Origin: Nageia nagi
Lineage: Eukaryota > Plantae > Pinophyta
Length of the DNA stretch: 64,000 nt
Direction: 5' to 3'
NCBI GenBank assembly: GCA_050084985.1
Contig: JBITNC010000001.1
Span: forward strand, 144,212,001-144,276,000
Shown: in pieces, positions 1-12,659 of the stretch
Layout: every line of letters begins with the position of its first letter
How positions within the stretch are numbered: the stretch's first letter is position 1
The notes under the pieces: model-generated
Seen by the model: the letters and a program-made list of their open reading frames with translations, nothing else
Told to the model about the DNA's origin: nothing
Databases searched by the model: none
Translations under genes and position numbers: made by a program

Positions 1-949
1 ATCACTTGATTCCATATTTGTTGCAGTAATCCTTGAACTCATCATAAATAAAATTGTCACCCCCATTTTTTGGAACTGATTTAAAGTATAGTCAGATTGG
101 ATCTCACCAAATCTTTGAACTTCATGAAGTAGTCAAGAGCATTGAATTTATCTTGTAATAAATATAAAAAACTCATGCAATAATAATCATTAATAAAAAT
201 CAACTTATACTTGTAGTTGATAATGTTGAGAGTCTACATAGTACTATAAAGATCTACATGCACCAATTCAAGGGGTACCTTCATGTGATGTGGGTGGTTG
301 GGAAACTTTTTGTAATATTATTTCCCAAAAATGTAGCTCTCATGATGTCTTATGGATTGGAGAAGATTGATATACCTCTCATAATATTATTATTCCTATA
401 ATGAGTTAAATTTGACATGGCTAAACCACTTGTGCCACAACCATGCTAGATTAAGGGTCACCTTCAAGAATTTGATAGATATCTATGACATATTAAGCAT
501 AAAATTCTATTCTTGATAAGTATAATCTACTTTCATTGATAAAAAATGATGTACAACATCCTTATATAGATTTTAGATTAGACTCAAAATAGACTCATGT
601 GGTTGAGATGGATAATCTCACCATTATTATAATCCAATCTTCAAATCATAAATCTGACTAGAATAGATGTTTGGATCCTATATAAGACTAACCTAACATA
701 GTACATAACATTAATGCAAATCAAAGATAATAAATAGATCAACCTAATCTAAGATAGATGGTCAAAGTCAACCAAAAATATGCTAAACTAGGAAATGTAA
801 TCTTTGTTTTAAAATGTGCTCATGTTTGGAAAATGTGGTCATGTTTGCAGATAAATATGATAGGGATATTGTTTGTAATCAAAGAGTAGAAAATTTTAAT
901 CTCTAATTCAAATTTATATCTTTTATAAAATTAATTTTTCAATATTCTC

Positions 950-3900
950 CTCCTTAATGCTAAGAGGACTATGTTATCTAATTCCTCATCTTAAGGTTTA
1001 ATAACTTCTTTCGTGAAGATATCAACTATGTTATCTATGGTATTGTAATGCCTAGTTTGATGATGTTCTTTTCCATAATATCCTTGATGAAGTGATACTT
1101 CATATCATAATATTTAGATTTGCTATGGTGGATTGGATTATATGCCAATTGGATGGCACTCAGATTTTCACAAAATAAAATAATTGGACCACTTTATTTC
1201 TCATTAAGTTCCTCAATAACTTTCCTCAACCATGATTCTTGGGCACCAGCACTTGTGATTGCAATGTATTATGCCTTTATGGATGAAAGTGAAATAATAG
1301 TTTTTTTCTTTGAGCTCTATGTAATGAGTTTTGATCTAAGAGTAAAATATTATCCTAATGTGGAATTCCTATTATCAACATTATTCCCCAATTTGAATCA
1401 CTAAAGACACAAAGTTTTACATTTCCATATTTGGATTGTAAAATAAATATCTCATCATGATTTTGATATACTTCTATTCCTATAAAATATTGCATCAGTC
1501 TTAGATCATTTATCTTAAATTTTTGCATCATAGATGTCTTGAAATCATAATTCATTTATATAAAACTACCCATGTATATTAATTCATCAACATACAAACA
1601 TACAACAAGGATTTCAATACCTTTCTTCATGATGTACAGAGTGGACTCACTCTTGCTCCTTGTGAAACCGTATGGATGGAAGTACTCATCAATCCTTGTA
1701 TACCAAGCTCTTGGATATTGCTTGAGACTATACAAGGCCTTATTTAATATGTACATAATATTTTCCTTACCTTTTATCTCAAATCCTTGGTATTTTTCAA
1801 AAAATACCTCTTCATCCAAATATCCATTTAGGAAAGCACTTTTTACATCCATGTGATGTATTTTGCAACCTTTATGTGTAGTCAAAGAGAGACCCAATCT
1901 TATGGTTTATTGTCTTTCTACTAGTGAAAATATTTCTTCATAGTCTATGCCATACCTATGAGTGAAACATTTTGCAACAAGTCTTGCTTTATTCCTTTTC
2001 ACACTCATATAAACATTGTATTTGGTCTCGTAAACCCATTTGCAACCAATATATTTTTACCTTGAGAAAGCTCCACTAGCTCCCAAGTATCATTTTTCTT
2101 CTTCTTCCATAGTTTTCACCCACAAATAATTAGTTCCATATTGATCATAGTTATATGGCTCAATTTTAACACTAGAAATCAAAGCATAGTTAACTACACC
2201 TTTAGGCTTATTGTCATCTTCATCTCCATAAATTTTCAATTTATCAAACCTTTTCACAACTTCATCAAGTTCACTTGCTTGGATCCATGTAAATCTTCTT
2301 TGAAAATTTGAATCCAACATTTGATAGGTTGGATGATTTTGGAGTCATTTTCTTCATTTTCTCACATACTTGGAGAATCTTCATCCATTGAACTTGTTAT
2401 GTAAGGGATTGGATTGAATCTTGTAGAAGAACTATTTGGACAACTCTTTGTTGAGTTGGTCATGGAAGGAATTTGTTTGTTATTCTAATCAATGGGTTGC
2501 ACATTAGAGGAGTATTCACCATAATATCCATCATCAACATAAAGTTTGTTATGACCCTAAGCTCTCCCTTCATCGAAAAGTACATCTCTAGATAATATAA
2601 TTTTGTATATTTTTAGATTATACAATCTATATGCTTTTATTGTTTCACAATACCCAAGAAAAATACAAGCTTCACTCTAGTTTTCTAATATTTTCTTTAG
2701 GTACATGAGCATATGCCAAACATCCAAAAACTCTATTGTGCTTTACATTTGGCTTCTTACCATACCATGCTTCATAAGGAATGGTGCCTTCCAAGCTAGA
2801 ATTTGGAATTCTATTCAAGATATATATGATTCTCTTATCGTATTAGGTCAATACATATTGCTCAATTTCTTGATTTGAATCATGCTTCTAGCCATTTTGA
2901 TAATAGTTTTGTTCTTGCGCTTAGCACATCATTTTTTTGTGAATTATAGGTAGTTGGGAATTGCTTTTTTATTCCACAATATTTACAATATTGGACAAAT
3001 TTATTTGAAGATTATTCACCTCCATTATTAGTTCTCAAGCACTTTACAAAATATTCATTTTGCTTTCCAACATGATTTTTAAAGTCCTTAAAACATTCAA
3101 AGGCCTCATATTTGGATTTTAAGAAATAAATTCAACACATCCTTGAGAAATCATATATGAAAGTGAGGGAGTAAGTATTCTTATCAATACTCTTTGTTTT
3201 TATTGACCCACAAATATCAAAGTGCACCAATTTGATGGGATAGGAATCTCTCCATGATTGACCTCTTGGAAAACTCATTCTTTAGTATTTTCCCAAAGCA
3301 CAACCTTCAGACACACTCTTGGTGTCTTCAATATTGGGTAACCCATGGACCATTTGTTGAATTGTAAGTAGTTTCAAACTTTGGAAGTTCAAATGGCCAT
3401 GTATCAAATGCCAAGGCTAATTATTATCATCAATAGTTACATTTTATAGTTGGGCACTTTCTCCTTCAAATTTAAGAGGAAACAACCTATTCTTAGTCAT
3501 TGGGACTATTTTGACCAACCTATGATCACTATTTTTATCATAAATTACATATTTTTCATCCTTGAAAATAAATTTATAATTTATTTTCATTATTTTTCCC
3601 ACACTTAGAAAATCATGCTTGAGATTTGGATTCTAGTATATGTTATTTAGCTTCTTGGTTCCTTCATTTTTTGCTAATCTTCATGGATATCATGCCTTAA
3701 GTAGTTAATACATTATCATCTCTAAGATTTATCTTAGACTTTAAAGAGTTGTTACTTGTGGAGAACAACTCCTCCTTACCAGTCATGTGGTTGGAGGCAT
3801 CCCTATCTAGAATTCAAGTTTCATTTAGATTTTGATCCATCCTTACAAAAGACAAAAATAAGTTGTAGGTTCCATCCTTCTCACCATAGTTGGCTACACT

Positions 3901-4618
3901 TATCCCTTCTTAAGAAGCTTTTAGTCTACATTTCCTCTCATAATGCTTAATTTTTTTACAATGGTAACATTTTTTTTATCTCCACCTCCACTTATTCCTC
4001 TTCCTCTGACTTAATAAGCTCCTATCCTACCTCTTCCTCTTCCTCTTGAAGATGATTGACATATTCCTTGTTCATTAGTGGTTGCATCAACCTCCTTTTA
4101 TGTAAAGGCTTTATCTTCAATATCTCCAATTGTTGGTATGATGTCTTTGAGCATTTCTTCACCATGAATTCACTTTTCACTTCCTCTCCAATTGTTTGAA
4201 CCTTATTAAAATATAATTTGACTCTTGCATAGTAATATCCCACATTATCATCCTCTTGCATCTTGAGATTTCCAAAATCTCTCTTCAAGGTCTACAACCT
4301 CCCTTGAGTGCTCCCTTGGTAACTATCTTTCAAAGCTCTCCATGCATCTTGTGCTGATGCATGTGCATAAATCATTGAAAAAATGCTTTTATCCAATATA
4401 GCTTGTAGATGCTAGGAAAAAGAGTTCTTTTTCTAAGCCTTCTTAGCATTCTTATCATTTGGTTGGAGAGTCTTCCCACTAGTTGGCTCACTATAACCTT
4501 CCTCTACTATGTTCCATAATCATTTCCCTATGAGTAATATCTTCATTTTGATAGACTAGTACTCATAATGCTCTCCACAGAAATTTGGAATGAGTAGAGC
4601 ATCATTGTTTGCATCCAT
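950..4618 (-). pseudogene. Degenerate copia gag-pol of element A
   Basis: Starts MDANNDALLIPNFCGEHYEY*SIKMK. RT motifs HHMDVKSAFLNG and LYVDEL are in ORF 1556-1897. Many stops and frameshifts. Confidence 0.9.
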
Positions 4619-5229
4619 TTTGCAATGCTCACCAAATAAAACTTGGGATCACATTTTTTGTAAGAAGTTAATAAATTCGTACCTACCAAAACTCAAACCT
4701 AATAGATATCAAATGGCTCTAATACCAAAATGAGAATTATAATATAATTTCATTGATGAAAAATGAAGTACAACATTATTATATATCTTTTGGACTAAAC
4801 TCAGAACAAACTCATATGGTTGAGATGGATAATCTCACATTATTACAATCCAATCTTCAAATTGCAAATTTGACTAGAATAGATGTTTTTATAGTATCCA
4901 ATACTAACCTAACATAGTAGACTTTATTAATATAAATCAAAGATAATAAACATATCAACCTAATCTAAGATATATGGTCAAAGTTGAAGGAACTAACACT
5001 AACAAGATAATTCTTAATCAACCAAGATCACATGAAAGCTCACAATAACATATAACAAACTCACAAAGTAATCTCACAACACAATATGTAAGTGGTTCGT
5101 CTAACTAGGAGTACATCCACTAACTAGATCTTTTCTTCAATCACAAATACAACTCTCTTACAATCTTCCTAATCTCAACTTCTACACTTCTATCTTATAG
5201 CATAACTTTACTTCACAATCGATGTGTGA

Positions 5230-8200
5230 GCCATATTGTTCATACTTAATTTCTTTTAGAATATGCTTTAACCAAATGGGTTCTTGGGCTACAATAGACA
5301 TGGCACAGTATTCAAATTCTATGGTGGAAAGAGAAATAGTAGACTGCTTCTTGGAAGCCCAAAAGATAGCACCTGAACTAATGCTAAATACATATGTAAG
5401 GGTTAACTTCCTATTATATCTATCTCCCCCATAATTAGAATATGAGAATCTATAAGAATAAATGAAGGCAACTTGGAATACTTGAGAGCAAGATCCTTAG
5501 TTGCTATAACATACCTCAAGATTTGCTTAACATTGAGGTGCACAACATATGGTTTTTGCATGAGTTATGCTATCAAATTCACTACAAAGGCAATATCTGA
5601 TTTGGATATAGTCAAATATAAAATACTACCAATTAATTACCTATAAGCTGTAACATCAGCTTACTAAGAGTTGGAACTCAGAGAAATAGTAATTCCATGA
5701 GAGATTAAGATCGTAGCATATCTACACTCCTCCATTCCAAACTTTTGTAAGATATCTGATATATACTTAGATTGATTGAGGTAAGTACAATCTTTGTATT
5801 GATACATTTGCATTTTAAGATAGTAGTGCAAGAGACCAAGATCAATCATTTCAAACATTGCTTTAAATTTGAATATGTACCCTTGAATGATTTCATCATT
5901 GTTCCCAGTAATCAAAAGATTATCCACATAAAAGAGAATCAAAACCATGTCTTTTCCTTGATTAAGCACATATAGATCAAATTCAAAAAAACACTTGGAG
6001 AATCTAATGTCTACAAAGTACTTAAAATCTCTCTATACTAGGCTCTAGGTGCTTGCTTAAGTTCATACAATGACTTCTTTAGCTTGTAGACAAAAGATTC
6101 TTTACCTTCCATAATAAACCCTTTTAGTTGATTCATGAAGATTTTCACATCTAATTCACCATTAAGAAATGTACTCTTGATGTCAAGTTGAAAACCTTTC
6201 CATCTTTGAGCTATAGAAAGAGCAAAGATAACTCTTACAGTAGGCATCTTTACCATGAGAGCAAAAGTTTCCTCATAATCTATATTGTATTTCTAAGCAA
6301 AACCTTTAGCTACTAACCTTACTTATATTTTTCAATATCTTCAATTGAATTGAACTTGAACTTGTAGATCCACTTATTACCAATCACATTCTTCTCATTG
6401 GGGTAAGGAACCAAATCTCAAGTTTTATTTTTCATAGGCACCTTATACTCCACTTTCATGGCTTCCATCTAGTACTCATGCTTAAAAGCTTCTTTGAAGG
6501 TTGAGGGCTCATGCTTGTTTTCAATCTTGGTAATTAAGGATTTATTCAAAGTCATGCTCTTTATTACCCTTTATGTTGGAGAATTTTATTCTTGAGGTGA
6601 CTTATCTACATCAATATCCAACCAGCTAGGAGCAACTAAAGAGTCTTTTGGATCATCAACATCCTCATTAAAAATAGATTCTTCAAAAAGTTCATTGAAC
6701 TTTACATCCTTTGAAATGAACACTGCTTTATATGTTGGAGAGTAGAGCTTATAACCTCTATGCTGATTGTCATAACTTATAAAGATGCATTTTTTAGCTC
6801 TTATATTTAACTTTTTTCTTTTCTCAGCTACAATGTAGGAGAATGCTTCACAACCAACACCCTAAGGTGTGAAATGTTAGGTTTTCTTCCTAACCATGCT
6901 TCAAAAAGAGTTTTACTCTGAATGGCTTTTGTGGGATGTCTATTCAAGGTGTAAATAATAGTGCTCATAGCTTCTCCCCATAAGAATTTAGGAAGATTAC
7001 CCAACATGCATCTAGCCATCTTCATAATTGTTCTATTTTTTCTTTTGATAACACTATTCTACTGAGTGTATAGAATTGTAAACTGCTTCTTAATTCCATA
7101 CTTAGCATAATAGTCATTGAACTCATTACTGTTATATTCTTCTCTATTATCTAATCTCCACATTTTGATTTTAATGTTAGTTTGATTTTAAACAAAGACC
7201 TTAAAAACCTTTAAAATCTCAAAGGTTTGATCCTTGTGCTCAAGTAGATACCCAAAGGTCATCCTACTAAAGTCATCAATGAAGGTTAAGATGTAAGATG
7301 CTCCTTCAAGTAACTTATTCTGAAATGAATCCATCAAATTTGAATGAACAAGTTGAACAGGTTGAGATGCTTTTGTTGCCTTATCTTTTTCAAATTTTTT
7401 TTTATCTATCTTACCAATAATGCACTTCTCGCATATGCCAATCGAATGAAAAATTGAATACAAACCTTTCATAAGTTCTTGATCTTTTATAACTTGTATA
7501 CTCTTATGGTTAAAGTGCCCTAAATAATGGTATCAATGATTACCTTTATAACACATATTAGAAGCAAGACATATCTTTGATGGAACTTGATCCATAATGT
7601 AGAGGTGATCTTTCACTGATCCTTTAACCAAAGTAGCAAGTACTTTCTTAATGCACTAGGATTAAGAGTCAAATTCAAAAGAGTATCTTTTTTTAGCAAC
7701 TTGGGTCATAAAGAAAAGGTTGATCTTTAACTTAAAAATATAGAGAACATTTTCAAGAACCTTTCTATGAATAAGCACACTCCCAATTCCTTATATTTCA
7801 ATGGTAGAGTTATCACCTATCACAACTGCATCTTTTTTATACTTGTGAAAGTTCTTAAACTTTAATTTTTCAAAGCATAGGTGATTACTGCAACTAAAGT
7901 CAAAAATCCATTCAAATGAAAAAGAGCAAGACATTGAGTAGAGCATTGTAGTAAAACTAATATGAATATTTTTTTTTCTTTTGTAGTTCTTTACATTTCT
8001 ATTACCTTTTATTCTTTTCATCTCTTTTTTTTTGTAGCAATCAACTTCTTTATGACTTTGAATGTCATAATAGTTACAATTACCATCAAAATTTTCCTTA
8101 AGATAGAGATTATTTTCTTTGCTTTTTCCATCTCTTTGCTTGAAGTGATTGTTGTTACCGTTGTTCTTGCTGCTATGGTTGTTCCTGCTACTATTGTAGC

Positions 8201-9504
8201 CACTGCCTCTTTTTTCAAACCTTTTAGAGGAAGAAGAATAAGATTTCTTTTTATGGTTGAATTTATTCTTGAAAGAAGTTTTGGTTGCTTCAAGAGCAAT
8301 GTTATTAACCTTAGGAGAATAAATAGATATCTTATTGTTAAGGGTTTTCTCATGCTTCAATAGGTGCCTTGTAAGGTTCTCAAGGGAGAAGACTTCTTCT
8401 TCATCATCAAGCCTTATTTCCATAACCATTACAAAGTTTTCAAATTTTTAAGAGATATTTTGAAGAATAATGAAGACCATGAACTTATCATTGATCCAAT
8501 TGCACCCATAAGCAACAATTTGAATCTTTAGGTCAATGATTTTGTTTAAATAGATAGCCACATTTTCATTTTTTTTTAATGAGATTGAAGTAATTTTTGA
8601 AGAATGGTAAACCTTCTTGAAAAGTTTGAACCAAGGAAGATTTGCTTAAACTTATCTCATTCTTTCTTTTATTAGAACTATAATGTTATTTAGAGTATTA
8701 TGTAATTAATATGCTTAGCATATTAATAATCACCTAAAGTTATTTATTATGTGATAATGAGGTTCATGCATGGTGGGTGGAATATTATTCTTCACCCAAC
8801 TTAAAATTAAGATTTGTTAGATGGAATAGTGTCTCCACTCACAATTAAATGTAATTCTATATTGTAATTTAGGGTTAACTAACCTATTATGGTTAGGTTA
8901 GTTAACTACTTAAGGTTAGTTTTTAATCCTATAAAAGAAGCTCATTTTGTGAAGATTTGTAATAAGATGAAGATGGAAAGTTGTTAGTATAGATCTTAGT
9001 TAGTAAAGTCTTAAGCATGCAAGCTATGCTTCATGCTAAAGAGAGTCATGGTTGAGATCCATGAGAGTGTACATTATTTGAGAGTATAATGAAAAAGAGA
9101 CCTAAAGTGGAGTACTCCACGTGTAGAAGAACCACTATACATCTTGTGTTACTATGTGAGAATGCTTCTTATGTTCTTAGTTTTTAAAATGATTATTTTC
9201 TAGTTTAATATAGGTTATACAAAAGTTCTTAGGTTATGGAATCCTCTAATTCTTTCACCTCTATCGAGGTTAAAGAGAAAATCATCAAGAGCACATCATC
9301 TGAAACTGCACGGTAAATCATGGAGGTTGCTAACTCATTCTTTGTGTTGTAAGATTCTAGTGCCTTCTCATATATAGGAGGTACAAGGTTCTCATTCACT
9401 GTTTGCCAAAGTTTTCTTACCTGCAACATAGCTCTCATCCGAGGTTCCCAAATCCCATAGTTGAAACCATCAAAAATGTGTTTAGGTAAAAAGGATTCTC
9501 CCAT
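5230..9504 (-). pseudogene. Degenerate copia gag-pol of element B
   Basis: Gag start MGESFLPKHIFDGFNYGIWEPRM, zinc-knuckle relic, integrase TFIDDFSR, and RT QLDIKSTFLNG / FYVDNLL. Confidence 0.9.
8670..9250 (+). mobile_element. Solo LTR inserted in gag of B
   Basis: TSD TCTTT at 8665-8669 and 9251-9255, degenerate start TATTAG, TATA (CCTATAAAAG ~8928). It shares the 'GTACTCC...AACCACT..ACATCTTGTGTTA' motif with the B/C LTRs and is absent from the homologous position in C. Confidence 0.8.
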
Positions 9505-10329
9505 TTGTTACATAAGAATGTGAAATAATAAGCATGTGATTTCAATAAATAATATTAAATATTAAGTTTTAGCCAAGTAAATAATACATGTTACATTTAA
9601 CACTAAAGATATGCTTAATTTGATTCACCAGTGTAAATATTTTACAATTCAAATAATAACCCATGTACTTAAATATATTTCTTATATCAAGAATTGTAGA
9701 TGTAGAGTGACATTGTTGAAGCTTATTTTCGTATCTAAAATTAGGCTTTCACTTGGATGCCCATATAAGAGGAGCCCAGGTCCTACCAATCCTCAACTAG
9801 TTCCCCTTGGATAGCAATATACTCTCACAAGTACTAGCTATTTTTCAAAGTTCTAACATTTATTGAAATGATCAAATTATTAATCTTGATTAGGTTTCAA
9901 GTTGTCCTCCTAGGTTATCAGGATAATCCCTGAATAGACATGTGGATATTTGGTATCATTACACACATACCTATCCACCTAATAGAGTTATGTCCATACC
10001 AACAAAAGACTTAAGGGCAATTGAAAAGTATGAACTTTTTTGAATTATCGGATTTTAAAGGCTCCAGTCTGCCTATCTTCACCTCATGGCTCCCTAAACA
10101 AGTCATGTTGCAGAATGTACATGCAGATGTGTTTATTTTAGGGGGTTGCTCATATCAAAATTTGCATTTTTTTTGCATAAGAAAAAAATGAAAAATGAAA
10201 TAAGGAGCATAAATAAAACATCATCCATTCAATTTGAAACCTAAGTGTCCAATGAGTTTTGTTTACCAACTCCTAAAGGATATCTTTACATCATTCTTAT
10301 TTTTGCACAAGTTTATTTATTAACTTTGC

Positions 10330-10720
10330 ATAAGAAATAAATACTTAAGCATAAACTAAATACTCAAGCATAAACATGCATAACTTGAAGATATCCCATC
10401 AAATATACCATGCAACATTCCCATAACTTGCATAAGTAAAAAACATCATAACTTAAGTAATAAACATACATTATTCCAACTTATGTACTAAGCATGCATT
10501 ATTATTTTAACTTAAAAATTTTTAAGTTCTAAGCATAAACTTAAAAATTTAAGTCCTTGAACATGCATTAAAAAATTAAGCTTTAAGCATTAAGCAAACA
10601 ATTGCATCATTAACTTAATAAGCATGCATCTTTTAACTTAAAATTATAATTTAAATCCTTAAACATGCATTAAGTTATAAAAAATTAAGTCCTAAACATG
10701 TAAAACATAAAGGTTTCTAA
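10330..10720. repeat. Degenerate AT-rich tandem repeats (AAGCATGCATT/AACTTAA units) in the leader of B
   Basis: Recurrent units visible; the homologous array is in C at ~46820-47000. Confidence 0.6.
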
Positions 10721-11676
10721 GTGATAACAAATGTATTTTAATCATAAAAGATCAAAAGATTTTAAGTAAAGAAATTCACAAAATTCTCCCCCTTTTAACT
10801 TAAAAAAAATTGATCTCAAGGCAAGATGATCCTAAAAAGATGTTAGTTTGCCTTCATAAAATACTATTGCATGCTTAATGATTTAGTTTCCAGGCATTGG
10901 AAATAATTGTCAAGTCTAAAAGAAATTCCTTCTATAAAATTACCTTCCCCTCCCTTCTTTTTTTGTTTATCAAAGGTAAGCAAGAGCCAAGCCTTGTGCG
11001 CTTGACCACTTAATTCAATGAGCACAAATAGCAAGGAAATGGTGAAAAATGCCATGAGAGGATTGACATGACCCAAGCTCACCACCACTGCGTGTTGCTC
11101 CGAGGCCATCATTTGTAACAGATTTTGGAGACTGAGGGTATTTTATTTAAGGTAACTGGTGGTATTGATGGCAAAAAAAAAATGATCAGTTTTGTAACGT
11201 TGCTAACGTCAACCCATTTCGCTCGGTAAACTGTTCCATGGACGTTCATAGGCTGTGTACTAATTTTTACATGCTTCACACAGCAACATAGATTTTCGTT
11301 ATGAAAACTATCTATGGAGGTCCCATTTTTTTCTTTTGTCATATTCTTTTCTTTTTAAGCACTGAGGAATGATGCCAATTTAAACATCGGTGTGCATGTG
11401 GCTGATGTACCAAGTTGCTATATGATCAATAGAACGTAGCCCGTGGTTAGCCCTCGGGTCTAAAAAAGAGAAGCGCAAACGCTTTCTAATTTCACCTGCT
11501 AAGGTGAATATCACACCGTTTGATGGTTCCTTCTCCATTTTTTTTATTCCTTGGACTGAATAAATCTTGATGTATTTTAATTCCTTGGACTGAATACTGA
11601 CATTGGAGAGCATCCCAATAATCCAACAATATATAATCTTTGATTTAGTGCTTGAAAAACAGTAAGATTAGTAGTT

Positions 11677-11762
11677 ATGATGGCTATGGAGGACGGGGTG
11701 TTGGAGGGAAGCTAGCCGATGGATCTTAAGAAACATCCTTCTGGCATTGTTCCTACACTTCA
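11677..11762 (+). pseudogene. TBP: TATA-binding protein first coding exon, captured fragment with in-frame stop
   Basis: Translates MMAMEDGVLEGS*PMDLKKHPSGIVPTLQ, matching the plant TBP N-terminus (..LEGSQPVDLxKHPSGIVPTLQ). A GTAAGG donor follows at 11763 inside the Gln codon. No downstream NIVSTVNL exon was seen. Confidence 0.9.
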
Positions 11763-12039
11763 GTAAGGAACCCTTTTCCTTCTCAATTTATTTTCACATT
11801 TCTAATTTCATGGCTTGCTAAGGAGAATAGGGTTGGGAGGGAGGTATTGGTCGGCCAGTGGTCGGCTTATGAAAAAAAAATTTAATGTTTGAAAGCTAAA
11901 AAAAATATTCCCACTTCTTTGTTTTATATAAATCACATTTAAAAAAAAAAATTCAAAAAAGGTTTTCTTTTTCTTTATTTTTAGCTAGAAAAAAAAGAGC
12001 ATTTTTTTTAAATGCTACAAAAAAAATTATTGAAATAAT

Positions 12040-12659
12040 GCATTGTTACGTCGAGAGGCGTTTCTACAGCTGCAGCATGGGGGGTGGAGTGGTTAAACAA
12101 TTGGCGGGAAAATAATTTTTTTAAAATTAAAATTGTATAGCTGAAATATTAAAAGACACATCTTTTCAAAAATTATTATATAAATGGAAGGAAGAATATC
12201 AAACATCATAAAAATTCATTCCCAAATCAATCGAGAGATGCAGTGAATTCGAACAAGCAAAGTTGGAACAAAAGATTGTAAAAACAGAAGAGAACTTTAA
12301 TTTTATTGTAAGTTAATTCTCTGCTATTGTAAATATATTTTTACTGTAATATTTCTTATTTCTTATTTTACATACAATTTATACTCTGAATTCTTTTGCG
12401 CTTCTTATCTTGCTGTTCGCATAAAACTTTATCAAAAAATGCTCTGAATTCACAAAGTTTTACATGTCTTGGTCTAACATATTCGTTGTTGATGCCTTCT
12501 TTTCATTAGAAATTTATTCAATAAAATCAACACAAGATCATAAAATCCCCATTATACCAAAGTAATTTAGTTTATATTGTATTGCTATATCCAAGATAGG
12601 CGCCTCGAAATGATATCTCTCGACATTTTTTGATATATAAGGGGTTATATCAAAGCTAG
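12040..12659 (+). mobile_element. Putative non-autonomous Helitron-like insert in the leader of B
   Basis: 3' hairpin TTGATATA-n8-TATATCAA (12630-12653), then CTAG|T (12656-12660). Subterminal inverted repeat at 12048-12061 / 12613-12626. No counterpart in C; the 5' TC end was not located. Confidence 0.45.
12103..12111 (-). promoter_or_regulatory. E2F-binding consensus TTTCCCGCC, with TATA-like TATATAAAT at 12177-12185 (+)
   Basis: Exact motif match only. Confidence 0.35.

Noticed and set aside
7962-8363. Hydrophobic env-like ORF (also 48298-48765)
   Set aside because: Reverse-complement reading of Asn/Lys-rich gag codons.
11368-11410. C/D-box snoRNA (ATGATG...CTGA)
   Set aside because: Imperfect C box, too short, no terminal stem.
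11677-11762. Native functional TBP gene with TE-filled introns
   Set aside because: In-frame stop, enclosed within TSD-bounded element B, and no further TBP exons seen before the convergent RPT4 3' end.
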